Of a DNA stretch of 64,000 nucleotides, positions 1 through 10,161 are shown piece by piece. Position 1 is the first letter of the stretch, and each line of letters starts with the position of its first letter. The position numbers and the translations under genes are program-made. Under the pieces are notes generated by a model. It worked only from the letters and a program-made list of their open reading frames with translations. It searched no databases and was not told the origin of the DNA. This DNA is from Deltaproteobacteria bacterium (GTDB taxonomy: Bacteria; Myxococcota_A; UBA9042; DTJE01), in the NCBI GenBank assembly GCA_029555025.1, contig JAKPTZ010000121.1, forward strand, positions 7,425 through 71,424. Direction: 5' to 3'.

Positions 1-7
1 TTCCGGC

Positions 8-799
8 TCATTTCGCCCCTCCCGCGCGCCCTGTCCGGGCGTTAATCAGGTGCGCGGCCACGGCAGCCCCGTAGCCGTTGTCGATATTGACCACGGTCAG
101 GCCGCCGGCGCAGGAATTGAGCATTGCCAGCAATGCCGTAATCCCACCGAAGGAGGTGCCGTATCCGACGCTGGTTGGAATGCCGATGACAGGTGCCGAC
201 GTCAGCCCGGCCACGATTCCGGGCAGCGCCCCTTCCATTCCGGCGGCGACGATGACAGCCGAAGCTTCCTGAAGCGTCCGTATATGAATGCCCAGGCGAT
301 GGATCCCCGCGACTCCCACGTCCCGGATCCTGACGACGCGGTTTCCACAAGTCTCGAGCGTTACCGCCGCTTCCTCGGCAACCGGAATGTCGGACGTTCC
401 GGCCGTAACTACGGCAACAAAGCCATCGGAAATCGGCCGACTGGCATCGACCAGAAGCGACAGGATGGAGCCTGGTTCGTGGTGGATAAGTTCGCCCTTG
501 CCGCCATCGGCGACAAAAAGTTCAATGGCGTCCGTGGCCGGTTCCGGCTTGATTCTGGTCACCACGCAGTTGGTTCCGGCCGCCGAGGAAGACAGCAGCG
601 CATCGGCGATCTGCCTCGGTGTCTTGGTCGAACCGTAGATCGATTCGGCGATCCCCCGTCGAAGGATGCGGTGCGAATCCCATGCGACGTCGCCCAGCCT
701 CCTTGCGGGAAGATCCCTGAGTTCCAGCAACGCGTCGGCCGGTGTCATCCTGCCGGATGCGACCTGATCAAGCAGAACCCTGATGTCTTCCGGGGTCAT
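8..799 (-). CDS. larB: LarB-like protein (PurE/AIR-carboxylase-like fold; nickel-pincer cofactor biosynthesis family). The ORF extends to 964; the internal Met at 799 is preferred.
   Basis: C-terminal PurE-like Rossmann segment (VIVAAGMEGALPGIVAGL...IGIPTS) and an N-terminal 'SGxxTPxxALxxL' motif typical of LarB. Weak RBS before the ATG at 799. The upstream neighbour is off-window. Confidence 0.55.
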   Translation of the reverse strand: MTPEDIRVLLDQVASGRMTPADALLELRDLPARRLGDVAWDSHRILRRGIAESIYGSTKTPRQIADALLSSSAAGTNCVVTRIKPEPATDAIELFVADGGKGELIHHEPGSILSLLVDASRPISDGFVAVVTAGTSDIPVAEEAAVTLETCGNRVVRIRDVGVAGIHRLGIHIRTLQEASAVIVAAGMEGALPGIVAGLTSAPVIGIPTSVGYGTSFGGITALLAMLNSCAGGLTVVNIDNGYGAAVAAHLINARTGRAGGAK

Positions 800-990
800 C
801 CAGTTTCCAGATTCGAGCCAGTGGAATTCTGGACTTGCGATGGCATCGCGGTCAAGTGCGGACAGCGGTCGATTAATTGAATTCCCGCGGTCGGGGCGTA
901 TAATCGAAACTGGTCGCTTTCGGGTTGTGCCCGCGAATTTCGTGCGCGGCAGTTTCACAACCACATCTGTTTTGGGGGATTGGTCAGGGT

Positions 991-2535
991 ATGCGTGATT
1001 TTCCGGAAAGCGGGCCCGATCCGCTCGTCAGGCCCGATGGATTGCAGAACGGGGTGGCCGCGCCAATGGTGCCGGGGGAGGTCGTAAACAACGAAAACCC
1101 GGAAGACGTGTTCGAGCGGGTCGTAATCTGGCAACCCTGGTCGTATCCGGTTCCGGTCGATGTCCTGGTCGAGGGAATGTCCGACGTTGACCGCGGATTC
1201 ATAATGGCCGTCTATCGGCTTGCCCAGAATCTTTACGGCCAGATTCCGATGCGGAAGAACGGCGAGGCAGCCTTCACCCATCCGACAAACGTGGCGATGT
1301 ACCTGAAGCGGGCGCGTTGCCAGCCTTATGTCATCGCGGCCGGCCTGCTTCACGACTTCATTGAGGAACGGGTCGATCTCGAAAAGGCGGCGATAAGGTC
1401 CGAAATCGCCGCCAGGATAAAGGCCGAGGTGACCTCCCGGATCAACGCCAGGATCCGGGCCGAATTGACCGCTTCTATGAACTCCTTCGACGTGCGGGAC
1501 ATCGCCGGCGCCGATTCGACCGATCGCGTCGAGACCGCCAGGCGCCAGGTCAGGGTCGATCTTGCCACCCAGACCAGGGCAGCGATTGCCCAGCTCGATG
1601 CATCGATTCTTCTTAACGACGAAATTGGCGAACTCGTGAAGCAGGAGATGGGCCGGGTTTCCCTTTCCGACCTGGAGAACGCGATACGCGGGGACTTCGG
1701 CAGGGAAATCAACCGGATTACCGATCGCACCGGGTTTCCGCGCCATGTCGCTGCCCGTGTGGTCGAGACAGTATGGCTTCTTACAAGGCACAAGTCCGAC
1801 CTTTATTACAGGTCGATCTCGGGAATCTTCATAAACAGCGACTTGACCATCAGGGTCGCGGCGGCGCTGGTCAAACTGGCTGACCGGATGCACAACATCC
1901 AGACGATCGATAACTACGAAAGCAGTGAAAAACTTTACCAGTGCTTCAAGAACCTTTTCATCCTGAACAATTCGCAGCAGCTTCTGGCCACCAGGAGCGA
2001 GTCGATGGACTGGCGGATGTCGTATTCGCTGGACAAGATGTTCAAAAAGTCAGGAAAGGCGCTGTTCGAGGCGCTTCACAACCTGGCGCACACGGCCGAT
2101 TCGAGCCAGAAGGTTTTCAAGGTCGTTTCGTATCTTGCTCTTGCGTTGCGCAAGTACATCCACGAGCAGGACGGGCTTGCCAGGGTCAACCAGGAATGCG
2201 CGTGTCCCGGGGCTCCGGTACATGCGATTTTTGACGGCATCGTCATCAAGTACGATCACAGGCTGCACGGCGAGATGGACGCCTTCCTGCAGCAGCAGGA
2301 CAGGGAACTCGGATACATGAGGGCGACCTTCGGGACGCTTGGCCTGAGCGACGACGACCTGCGCGAGGCCGTTGCATACAAGGACGCGATGGCTTTGCTT
2401 GAAGTCGTCGGAATGCTTGTATATCGCAAGGATTTCATGATCCTGGACTTCCAGTGCTCGGCCCTTTGCAGGCGCGGGCAGATGTGTACCAGGCGGGCCG
2501 CCGGCCCCGAAAATTCCGGCTCCGAACAGGACTAG
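991..2535 (+). CDS. HD-domain protein with RelA/SpoT-type (p)ppGpp-hydrolase-like motifs and no synthetase domain
   Basis: The 'THPTNVAMYL...AAGLLHDFIEE' and later 'KLADRMHNIQT' motifs match the SpoT HD hydrolase signature. They are separated by a ~170-aa Ala/Arg-rich helical insert. The ATG at 991 follows a G-rich RBS; the ORF opens with TTG at 925. Confidence 0.55.
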   Translation: MRDFPESGPDPLVRPDGLQNGVAAPMVPGEVVNNENPEDVFERVVIWQPWSYPVPVDVLVEGMSDVDRGFIMAVYRLAQNLYGQIPMRKNGEAAFTHPTNVAMYLKRARCQPYVIAAGLLHDFIEERVDLEKAAIRSEIAARIKAEVTSRINARIRAELTASMNSFDVRDIAGADSTDRVETARRQVRVDLATQTRAAIAQLDASILLNDEIGELVKQEMGRVSLSDLENAIRGDFGREINRITDRTGFPRHVAARVVETVWLLTRHKSDLYYRSISGIFINSDLTIRVAAALVKLADRMHNIQTIDNYESSEKLYQCFKNLFILNNSQQLLATRSESMDWRMSYSLDKMFKKSGKALFEALHNLAHTADSSQKVFKVVSYLALALRKYIHEQDGLARVNQECACPGAPVHAIFDGIVIKYDHRLHGEMDAFLQQQDRELGYMRATFGTLGLSDDDLREAVAYKDAMALLEVVGMLVYRKDFMILDFQCSALCRRGQMCTRRAAGPENSGSEQD

Positions 2536-2567
2536 CCGGAATTCAGGCCGGCGTTGCCCCGGGAGTT

Positions 2568-3449
2568 ATGGTGTCAGCCACGATCCCTTCCGTCGATGAA
2601 TTTGTGGAACTTCTTGTGGTGGCCTCGTCCGATCTGCCGGATGACGTCGAGGCCGCCATCGGGCGGGCGCTGCTTTTGTCCGGCGGCACAGCCGGCTGCA
2701 TACTTTCCGAGATGCGCGATAATTCGGAACTGGCCCGCGTCAGGCGTCAGCCCGTCTGCCAGGACACCGGGATTCCGTACGTCCTTGCAACCGGGCTCGG
2801 ACTTGATTCTTCAGGGCGTCGGGATTTTAAGGCAAGGCTTGCCGAGGCAATACGAATCTGCACGTCAAGCGGGGTGCTGCGCCCCAACGCGGTTGACGCG
2901 CTGACCGGCGTCAATCCCGGTGACGGAATCGGCGAGGGCATTCCCCAGGTGCATTTCGAGGATGAAGGGTGCGAACGGGCGACGGTCGATGTGCTGCTGA
3001 AGGGCGGCGGCAGTGAGAACGTTGGCTGTCAGTACAGCCTTCCAGATCAGTCGATTGGGGCAGGGCGCGACCTGGAAGGGATCCGTCGATGCATCATCGA
3101 CGCCGCCTTCCGGGCCCAGGGGCTGGGCTGCTCTCCAGGCATCCTTGGCGTCTGCGTCGGCGGAGATCGGGCATCTGGATATGAATTCGCCAAGCGTCAG
3201 CTTTTCCGGCGCCTGGATCATCCTTCGTCAGGAGCTTTTGCGGCCCTTGAATCCGAACTGGTCGATCAGATCAATTCGCTCGGGATCGGTCCGATGGGGC
3301 TCGGCGGCAGCCCGACTGTTCTGGGCGTCCGGATAGGTTCGCTTGCCCGGCACCCGGCAAGTTTCTTCGTTACGGTCGCATACGGGTGCTGGGCGCTTCG
3401 TCGAAGACGGCTCCTGGCAAGTCCCGACGGAGTCTGGGTTGTTGTCTGA
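2568..3449 (+). CDS. Fe-S hydro-lyase alpha subunit (class I fumarate hydratase / L(+)-tartrate dehydratase alpha)
   Basis: 'CQDTGIP' motif and overall alpha-subunit architecture. ATG at 2568 after GGGAG. Confidence 0.7.
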   Translation: MVSATIPSVDEFVELLVVASSDLPDDVEAAIGRALLLSGGTAGCILSEMRDNSELARVRRQPVCQDTGIPYVLATGLGLDSSGRRDFKARLAEAIRICTSSGVLRPNAVDALTGVNPGDGIGEGIPQVHFEDEGCERATVDVLLKGGGSENVGCQYSLPDQSIGAGRDLEGIRRCIIDAAFRAQGLGCSPGILGVCVGGDRASGYEFAKRQLFRRLDHPSSGAFAALESELVDQINSLGIGPMGLGGSPTVLGVRIGSLARHPASFFVTVAYGCWALRRRRLLASPDGVWVVV

Positions 3450-3474
3450 CGGTTTCTGTTCTGGCGGGGGAAGC

Positions 3475-4071
3475 GTGAATTTCGAGGCAAACCAGGTCAG
3501 GTTGCAATCGCCGGGGGACAGGGATGTCATCCGTTCCCTGCGGGTCGGTGATCGCGTGCTGCTTTCCGGTTTCATCGTCACCGGCAGGGATCTTGTCCAC
3601 CGGATGCTTGCCAGGGACCTTCCGGATTCGGTGCGGCCGCTGCTTCGGAACGCTTTCATATATCATTGCGGGCCGGTCGCGGTCAGGGATGGTGCCGGGT
3701 GGCGAATCGTATCCGCCGGTCCGACCACGTCCATGAGGGAAGAACCTTACCAGGCCGGGATTCTTAAGGAATACGGGCTGCTGGGCGTAATCGGCAAGGG
3801 CGGAATGGGGCGGGCGACGTCGATCGCGCTTGCCGAAACAGGCGGCGTCTATCTTCACGCTACCGGCGGCGCTGGCTCCCTGCTTGCGTCAAGGATTGTG
3901 GGCGTTCCTGACCTAAGGTACCTGGCAGAATTCGGTGTTCCCGAGGCAATGTGGGTCTTCCAGGTCTCGGACTTTCCCGCGACCGTCACGATGGATTCGA
4001 CAGGTTCAAGCCTTCACGAGAGTGTTCTTGAGCTTTCACGCGAGCGCCTGGCAGCCCTTGTCGGGCCGTGA
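3475..4071 (+). CDS. Fe-S hydro-lyase beta subunit (class I fumarase/tartrate dehydratase beta)
   Basis: 'GVIGKGGMG' motif. Probable GTG start at 3475, just after the alpha stop; the ORF opens at 3343 and overlaps alpha. Confidence 0.65.
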   Translation: MNFEANQVRLQSPGDRDVIRSLRVGDRVLLSGFIVTGRDLVHRMLARDLPDSVRPLLRNAFIYHCGPVAVRDGAGWRIVSAGPTTSMREEPYQAGILKEYGLLGVIGKGGMGRATSIALAETGGVYLHATGGAGSLLASRIVGVPDLRYLAEFGVPEAMWVFQVSDFPATVTMDSTGSSLHESVLELSRERLAALVGP

Positions 4072-4079
4072 CCGCGGGA

Positions 4080-4553
4080 TCATTCCTTCACGGTTTCGGC
4101 TCGCTTCGTCCTGGCCGTCCTGGCCGTCGGCTTTTCCGCACCGGCCGCCTTGATCTGATCCTGCAGATCGGCAATCTTTCTGTCGTACGCTTTCTGCATG
4201 TCGGCCATGCGGCGGCGAAGTTCGTCCGTATCGTCCTTCAGCCTTGCGATCTCGGACATCGTTTCAGCAAACAGCGTGTTCCGGACTTCGTCGCGGACCG
4301 ATTCAGCCATCTTGACAAGATTATCCTTCTGGACCTTCTCGGAAATGACGGATACGGCAACCGCACCCTTCGCGGCCGTTTCGCCGGCCTTGGCGCGGGC
4401 CTTTGCCGCGACGTCCTCGGCCTTTTCGATCGCCTTGCCGGCGACCTCACGACCCACGCCGGCCGCGACGGTGCCCTTTTCGATGATGGTCTGGACCTGC
4501 TTCTTCGACTCGTTGATTGCTTCGCTGATGTGTTCCTTCAGTTTGCTGGTCAT
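4080..4553 (-). CDS. Phasin-like coiled-coil protein (hypothetical)
   Basis: 157 aa, Ala/Lys/Glu-rich helical protein. ATG at 4553 preceded by GGAGAAAC. Confidence 0.4.
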   Translation of the reverse strand: MTSKLKEHISEAINESKKQVQTIIEKGTVAAGVGREVAGKAIEKAEDVAAKARAKAGETAAKGAVAVSVISEKVQKDNLVKMAESVRDEVRNTLFAETMSEIARLKDDTDELRRRMADMQKAYDRKIADLQDQIKAAGAEKPTARTARTKRAETVKE

Positions 4554-4674
4554 AGTGTTTCTCCAACTTGACTCCAACACAAAATAACGCGCCGCGTCAC
4601 AATGTCAAGGCCACGGAATGACAAAAATTTCCACGCATTCCGGCGGAGCCGCCGGGCCGCGTCAAATCAATGGA

Positions 4675-6711
4675 TCACGGGTTGCCGAAGCTGGTGTTGA
4701 CGTAGTTCGGCGTTACCGGCTTTGTCGTGTTCACGATGAACTCGGCAGTCTTGTCCAGGCCGACAGTCTTGCATTTCAGGTCGCCCACGTACCACATGTC
4801 GTGGGACGACAGGCGTCGCGTCGAAGTGTAAAGAAGTTGCCCCTTCGCATACACCTGGATCGTGACGTCGGCCTGTCCATAGCCGTGGTCGTCGAAGTAG
4901 TGGGCCCCGACCTTGAACGGCCGTCCGGCCGGGCAGTCCAGGCCCATCATCAGGACTTCCGGTTCGGTTCCGTCGTCGCTGTCGTTTCGCAGGACGACCC
5001 GGTCGTTGATCCAGGGGCTGGCCTCGCCCCAAAGGTACTTTTCGGGTTCCGCGTTGAACCAGAAACAGTCGTAGGGAAGGTCAAACCAGTCGTCGGGCAG
5101 GCCGTCCTTGTCGATGTCGGGCTCGCTTCCGTCATCGCCGGCCTTGAAGTGGGTGAAATGAAGATCCACGTCCTGGCCCATGAAGGGTGGCACGGGCGTG
5201 AACGGGTTGACCGGCTTCCAGGAAAGAAGGATGTCGGCCTTCACCTCGACCCTGGTCGTGATCCTTATCGATTTGCCGGCACAGGCCTCGTATCCCTTGT
5301 TGTCGATTACGTTAAGGAAAATTTCGTAGTAAGGGTTCTCGCCGGCGCCGAGGTCCGGCGCGGCCCCGATCATGAAGGTCGGCTCGACTTCGTTTTCGGT
5401 CGGAATGAAGAAGCCCGTGTTCGCGGCCGGCTGGGTCGCGGACCATTGCCACTGCGTGACATCCCCGAACGGCGAGAACGACTGCGCGCCGGACAGTTGG
5501 ACAAGGGTTCCGGTCGGGACTTCCCAGCCCATTTCAGTCTTGCAGATCCTGGTGTTTTTGTCGTCGGCCGGATAGTCCGGCTGAACCGGACATCCGTCGC
5601 CGTCCATCCTGTATTCGTTGATGAAATCGACGATCGGCATGGTGCACGCGCCTTCGACGGCGACACCGGTGACGCGCTGGAAAATCTTTCCGGTGAACAT
5701 GTCCCCGGAAATCTCGATCTGTCCCGACTCCGGCTGCGGCCTGCCGATGGCGTTGACCGGGCTGGCCCTGGACGGGTCATATACGATGTTGACATCCATC
5801 GTCTTTGTCTGCGCCAGCGTGACCGGATTCTGGATGGTCGGCTGCCTGTCGGGGAACTCGACGCGGAAACCGGCCGCCAGCGCCGCGGCATCGGGGGAAA
5901 CGCCATAGACGTTCACGTCCATGCGGCCGACGGATTTGAGCGTAACCTTTCTTGTTACAGGGGTTCCAAGGACCGCCGCGCCGAAATCAATGGATTCCGG
6001 AGTGACTTCCAGGGCCGGCCTTGTCTTGTTTCCCATGGCGTGGAACAGCAGGCCGTCCGGGTAATCGGTATCGGAAGAAAATGCCCGGATTTCAGTGTAA
6101 ACCTCGACGGCCTGGTCAGGCTTGAAAACAACCTTCCCGTCAAATGTGGCGCCGACCTTCAGCACTTTCGGCGGGGAAATTTCGTATATCGTCTTTCCAC
6201 CTGAAACCTGGCCCTCGGCGCCGACGTCAAGCACGATTGCCGCCGGCCCGACCGTCGTGAACCGATCCAGGCGGAGCGGGCCGTCGCCAACGTTCGTAAC
6301 CTTGAACGGGACGAACGATTCCCCGGCAAGCGGAACGAAGCCGAAATCAATCAGGTATGGGGCCACCGAGATGCGCCCCCTTGGCTCGGAAGTCTCCTGG
6401 CCCTGGTCGGCCGGGTTCGTGTCCTGTCCGCCCTGGTCGCCCGGGTTGTCGTCGCCGGGGTTGCCGTTATCGACCGGGCCGATGTCGTGTCCGCCCTGGT
6501 CGGGATTCCCTTCGTCGGGATCGCCGATATCAGTCGTGGCATCTGGTTCGGCAAGATCCGGACGGCTGTCCGGTTCAGCCCCGTCCTCGATCTGACCGTT
6601 GTCCGGCTGGCTTGTGTCGATATGAACCACAAGATCGTCTTCCGGAACGGTCGACGTACACGCCGTAACCAGTGCGATGACGGCAACTGCCGTGAAATAC
6701 TGCATTTTCAT
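4675..6711 (-). CDS. Secreted lipoprotein, hypothetical, with an acidic D/N/G/P low-complexity linker
   Basis: MKMQYFTAVAVIALVTAC lipobox signal. Repeated 'DNGNPGDDNPGDQGG' segment, followed by beta-rich domains. Confidence 0.6.
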   Translation of the reverse strand: MKMQYFTAVAVIALVTACTSTVPEDDLVVHIDTSQPDNGQIEDGAEPDSRPDLAEPDATTDIGDPDEGNPDQGGHDIGPVDNGNPGDDNPGDQGGQDTNPADQGQETSEPRGRISVAPYLIDFGFVPLAGESFVPFKVTNVGDGPLRLDRFTTVGPAAIVLDVGAEGQVSGGKTIYEISPPKVLKVGATFDGKVVFKPDQAVEVYTEIRAFSSDTDYPDGLLFHAMGNKTRPALEVTPESIDFGAAVLGTPVTRKVTLKSVGRMDVNVYGVSPDAAALAAGFRVEFPDRQPTIQNPVTLAQTKTMDVNIVYDPSRASPVNAIGRPQPESGQIEISGDMFTGKIFQRVTGVAVEGACTMPIVDFINEYRMDGDGCPVQPDYPADDKNTRICKTEMGWEVPTGTLVQLSGAQSFSPFGDVTQWQWSATQPAANTGFFIPTENEVEPTFMIGAAPDLGAGENPYYEIFLNVIDNKGYEACAGKSIRITTRVEVKADILLSWKPVNPFTPVPPFMGQDVDLHFTHFKAGDDGSEPDIDKDGLPDDWFDLPYDCFWFNAEPEKYLWGEASPWINDRVVLRNDSDDGTEPEVLMMGLDCPAGRPFKVGAHYFDDHGYGQADVTIQVYAKGQLLYTSTRRLSSHDMWYVGDLKCKTVGLDKTAEFIVNTTKPVTPNYVNTSFGNP

Positions 6712-6909
6712 GAGCTTGGTATCCCCTTCGAACCCATGTGCCGTCAAAAGCCATCCGACCGACGAATCTTAACGGATTACGGTCGATTGCGAAACATCGT
6801 TATTCTACCCCGACCTGGGAATCGGATTGTACTTCGACTTGGGAACCGGCCCAAACGCTGCTATTTTATAAGGCCGTGGCTCATTCCTTCTCGGGGCGGG
6901 GAAACGACG

Positions 6910-7620
6910 ATGGTTTTCAAGACGGTTGCGGTCGTGGTCGGGGCCGGCATGGGGCGCAGGGTCGGCACGCGTCGGCCGAAGCAGTTCGAGGAAGTTTCCG
7001 GGCGACCCCTGATCACCTACACGCTCGACATTTTTGACAGGATGGCCGAGATAGACGGCATCATCGTGGTCGTCCCGGCCGACTGGGTCGATTTCACGCG
7101 GGCGATGGTCACCCGCTGCCAGTACTCAAGGATTATCGACGTGATACCGGGTGGCGCCTCACGCCAGATGTCGTCGTTTTCGGGAGTCATCCTTGCCCGG
7201 CGTTTCGGCGGTCCCCACCTGAAGAAGATTGTCGTGCACGACGCGGTAAGGCCGCTTGCGTCAGTCGAACTGGTCCAGAAGGTCCTGAAGGCCGCTGATC
7301 GAACCGGGGCGGCCACAGCCGCGGCCCGGGTAACCGACACGATATTTTCCATCTCGGGCGATACCGTTACCGGCGTCGTTGATCGTTCATCCCTTGTGGC
7401 CGTCCAGACACCCCAGGCGTTTGACCCCGAGCTTCTTGTCCAGGCGCATCGGAACGCGCTTACTGCGGGAATCACCGACGCTTCCGACGACGTTGGCCTG
7501 GTGCTTCGTGACGGCGGCAGCGCAGTGGTGGTCGAATCCGATACCGGAAACCTGAAAATCACTTACGGCAGCGACATGCGTCTGCTGGAAAGGCTGCTGG
7601 AGACCGTGAAAGATGAGTGA
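6910..7620 (+). CDS. ispD: 2-C-methyl-D-erythritol 4-phosphate cytidylyltransferase
   Basis: 'VAVVVGAGMGRR...' N-terminus and full-length IspD similarity. The ATG at 6910 is in frame with the longer ORF at 6487. Confidence 0.8.
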   Translation: MVFKTVAVVVGAGMGRRVGTRRPKQFEEVSGRPLITYTLDIFDRMAEIDGIIVVVPADWVDFTRAMVTRCQYSRIIDVIPGGASRQMSSFSGVILARRFGGPHLKKIVVHDAVRPLASVELVQKVLKAADRTGAATAAARVTDTIFSISGDTVTGVVDRSSLVAVQTPQAFDPELLVQAHRNALTAGITDASDDVGLVLRDGGSAVVVESDTGNLKITYGSDMRLLERLLETVKDE

Positions 7621-8560
7621 GTCCTTTATTGGCATAGATCTGGGCGCGACAAGGATCAAGGCCGGACTCGTCCGGGATGAAAGGATTCTTGGAACCGTGG
7701 TGGTCAACCTGGATCCTGCCGACAGGAGCCAGTCCGGGGTAGTTGCCAGGCTGGCAGGCGTGGTCAGGGAACTGGGGGATCGGTTTCTGGAACCCGGCCA
7801 GGCGGTCGCCGGAATCGGGATCGGTTCGCCCGGAGCCATACGTCATGCGGAAGGCATCATCGTCCGCGCCCCGAATTTTGAGCAGTGGAACGATTTCGAA
7901 CTTGGGCGGATGCTCGGGGAGGCCACCGGGCTTCCAGCGAAGTTGGACAACGACGCAAACGTCATCACGCTTGGCGAGGCCGTTTACGGGGCCGGCCGTG
8001 GATATCGGCACTTCCTCTGCCTGACGCTGGGAAGCGGACTTGGCGGCGGCCTGTTCCTGGACGGACGGATTTACCGTGGCGCCGACGGCATGGCCGGTGA
8101 ACTTGGACATATCGGCGTCGAGCCCGAGGGATTCGAGTGCAACTGCGGCAGCCGCGGCTGCGTCGAGCAGTACATCGCCGCGGTCGGCCTTCGCAACTAC
8201 GTAAGGCGGGATCGCCTTTTCGGCGACGGCACCGAAGCGGCACTTGCCGACCCCGACCTGCCGCGACGTCTTTACGAAATGGCGAAGGCCGGTCATCCGG
8301 TTGCCGGCCGGTACTTCCACGACATCGGCTACTACTTCGCCATGGCAATCGGAACCTATCTGAACCTGCTGAACGTGGAAGCCATCGTGATCGGTGGCGG
8401 GATGGCCAGGTCATGGGACGCGTTCGGTCCGACGCTGATGTCCGAACTTCATCGGCGTGCGTATCCGGTGCTGGTCGAGCGGACGCGAATCATCATGTGC
8501 GAGCTTTGGGAAGACGCCGGCATACTTGGAGCGGCGGCTCTTGCCGGAGGGCGATCCTGA
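7613..8560 (+). CDS. ROK-family sugar kinase (glucokinase-like)
   Basis: N-terminal 'IGIDLGATRIKAGL' and the ROK zinc motif 'CNCGSRGCVEQY'. Its start overlaps the ispD stop by 8 nt. Confidence 0.8.
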   Translation: MSESFIGIDLGATRIKAGLVRDERILGTVVVNLDPADRSQSGVVARLAGVVRELGDRFLEPGQAVAGIGIGSPGAIRHAEGIIVRAPNFEQWNDFELGRMLGEATGLPAKLDNDANVITLGEAVYGAGRGYRHFLCLTLGSGLGGGLFLDGRIYRGADGMAGELGHIGVEPEGFECNCGSRGCVEQYIAAVGLRNYVRRDRLFGDGTEAALADPDLPRRLYEMAKAGHPVAGRYFHDIGYYFAMAIGTYLNLLNVEAIVIGGGMARSWDAFGPTLMSELHRRAYPVLVERTRIIMCELWEDAGILGAAALAGGRS

Positions 8561-8686
8561 TCGCCACGGAAGCCGGGCGACCCGGCGAAAAACCTTTTTT
8601 CTCCCGTTCAAAGCCCCCGTCCCTTGAACCGTCTATGTGGTAAACTGTCGCCGCAGCCCGCCTTCGCGTGGCCGGATGGGGGATTG

Positions 8687-9433
8687 ATGGACAAAACTGG
8701 TGTCAGATCCAGGCCAAAGGTTTTGCTGGCGCGGCTTTTCGGGCCCGGCACCGCAGACGTGGCCGCTTTCCTGAAGGGCATGAAGGGCGCCGACGGCGAA
8801 AGGCCGCTGTGCTGGGACGAGGGGCCCGAGGTCGTCGTCAAGTGCGTCGGTCCCGATGTGCTTGAAGCCTTGTCGGCCGCTTTTGGCGACAGTCTGTATT
8901 CGATTGACGGCAGAAGGATGCACGAAGTCGCGGCGGGACTGCTCGCGGCCGGTCAGTGGAAGCTATCGACCGCGGAATCGTGCACCGGAGGGCTGGTCAG
9001 CCAGTTGCTGACTTCCGTTGCCGGTTCGTCCGTTTTCTTCGAGGGCGGGCTGGTGACGTACTCGAACCTTTCGAAGTCGGAACTGCTGCATGTTCCTGCT
9101 GAACGGATCGCCAACTCGGGGGCGGTTTCCGAGGATGTGGCCCGCGCGATGGCATCGGGATGCAGAAGTGTACTGGGAACCGACCTGGCGGTCGCGGTTT
9201 CGGGTATTGCCGGACCTTCGGGGGGTTCCCCTGACAAGCCGGTCGGCACCGTGTGTTTCGCCCTGGCATCGGCCGATTGCGTGCGATCCGCCACGGTCCG
9301 CTTCCCGGGTGGACGCGCCGAGGTTCGCGAGGCGGCGGCGATCGCGGCAATCGACATGGTTCGAAGGTGGTGCGTCGATCGGGGCGGTCGGGGGTTCTAT
9401 TTGGATGTTGCCCGCCGGGACGGCTTGAATTAA
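8687..9433 (+). CDS. cinA: CinA-family protein (PncC-like NMN amidohydrolase domain) with an ~90-aa N-terminal extension
   Basis: 'KLSTAESCTGGLV' signature. ATG at 8687 after GGGGGA. Confidence 0.7.
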   Translation: MDKTGVRSRPKVLLARLFGPGTADVAAFLKGMKGADGERPLCWDEGPEVVVKCVGPDVLEALSAAFGDSLYSIDGRRMHEVAAGLLAAGQWKLSTAESCTGGLVSQLLTSVAGSSVFFEGGLVTYSNLSKSELLHVPAERIANSGAVSEDVARAMASGCRSVLGTDLAVAVSGIAGPSGGSPDKPVGTVCFALASADCVRSATVRFPGGRAEVREAAAIAAIDMVRRWCVDRGGRGFYLDVARRDGLN

Positions 9434-9475
9434 TCTGCTGCCGATTTTCATGGCGTCCGGGATGCAAGGTGAAAG

Positions 9476-10132
9476 ATGACGGTCGAAAGCGACAACAGGA
9501 AGGCTGAGCAGGTCAGGAAGGCGGCGATAGTACTGGAGCCTTCCATACAGTTTGCGAACCTTCTGCTTGACGTTACCCGCGACACCCGCAAGAGGCTGGG
9601 CCGGGGCGCCGGCGCCGTCTGGATGCCGCCCGCCGCCTGCGCGATCACAATCCTGACGGCCGAACTTCCCCCGCGTGCCCTTGACGAGGTCATCGGCATG
9701 GGAATGTCGTCGGTGGCGTCCGGTTTCAGGGATGTTCAGATTTGCATCGATCCGCCTTCGCTTGAAAGGCTGGCCGACGGTTCAATGTTGATAATCTCCC
9801 GTGCCTGGTCAACGGATTCGGTCATCGGGGTCATATCCGGTGCGCTTGCCCGGGAACTTGAGCGGGTCGGGGTCGAGTCCGTGGATCAGGTGTCCGGAGG
9901 CTTGAAACTGGTTTACGGATGGATGCCCGGTGCTTCCGAAATCGCGTCGATCCCGGGTGCGGCGTCTTTTGAGTATCCGTCCAGGATTGCCATCAGCGGC
10001 CTGGTCGGTGGAATCCTGGAGCCGGTCGGAACCACCCCGATGACCTTGTGTCGCAGGGTAAGGACCGCCCCCCTTGCGATTGCTGCCGGTTCCCGGCATG
10101 TGCGTGACTCGGGCGGCGTGCAGGAAGTGTGA
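9476..10132 (+). CDS. Hypothetical protein (218 aa) upstream of recA
   Basis: ATG with AAGGTGAAAG RBS and coding-like codon bias. No confident family assignment. Confidence 0.45.
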   Translation: MTVESDNRKAEQVRKAAIVLEPSIQFANLLLDVTRDTRKRLGRGAGAVWMPPAACAITILTAELPPRALDEVIGMGMSSVASGFRDVQICIDPPSLERLADGSMLIISRAWSTDSVIGVISGALARELERVGVESVDQVSGGLKLVYGWMPGASEIASIPGAASFEYPSRIAISGLVGGILEPVGTTPMTLCRRVRTAPLAIAAGSRHVRDSGGVQEV

Positions 10133-10161
10133 TTTGTGGCGGCCCCCGCCGCCTGTGGAGG

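Noticed and set aside
4618-6204. 528-aa plus-strand ORF overlapping the lipoprotein gene
   Set aside because: Antisense to a well-supported lipobox lipoprotein. Composition typical of GC-rich non-coding frames.
7559-8320. 253-aa minus-strand ORF opposite the ROK kinase gene
   Set aside because: Antisense shadow. The ROK zinc motif and ispD coupling support the plus-strand gene.
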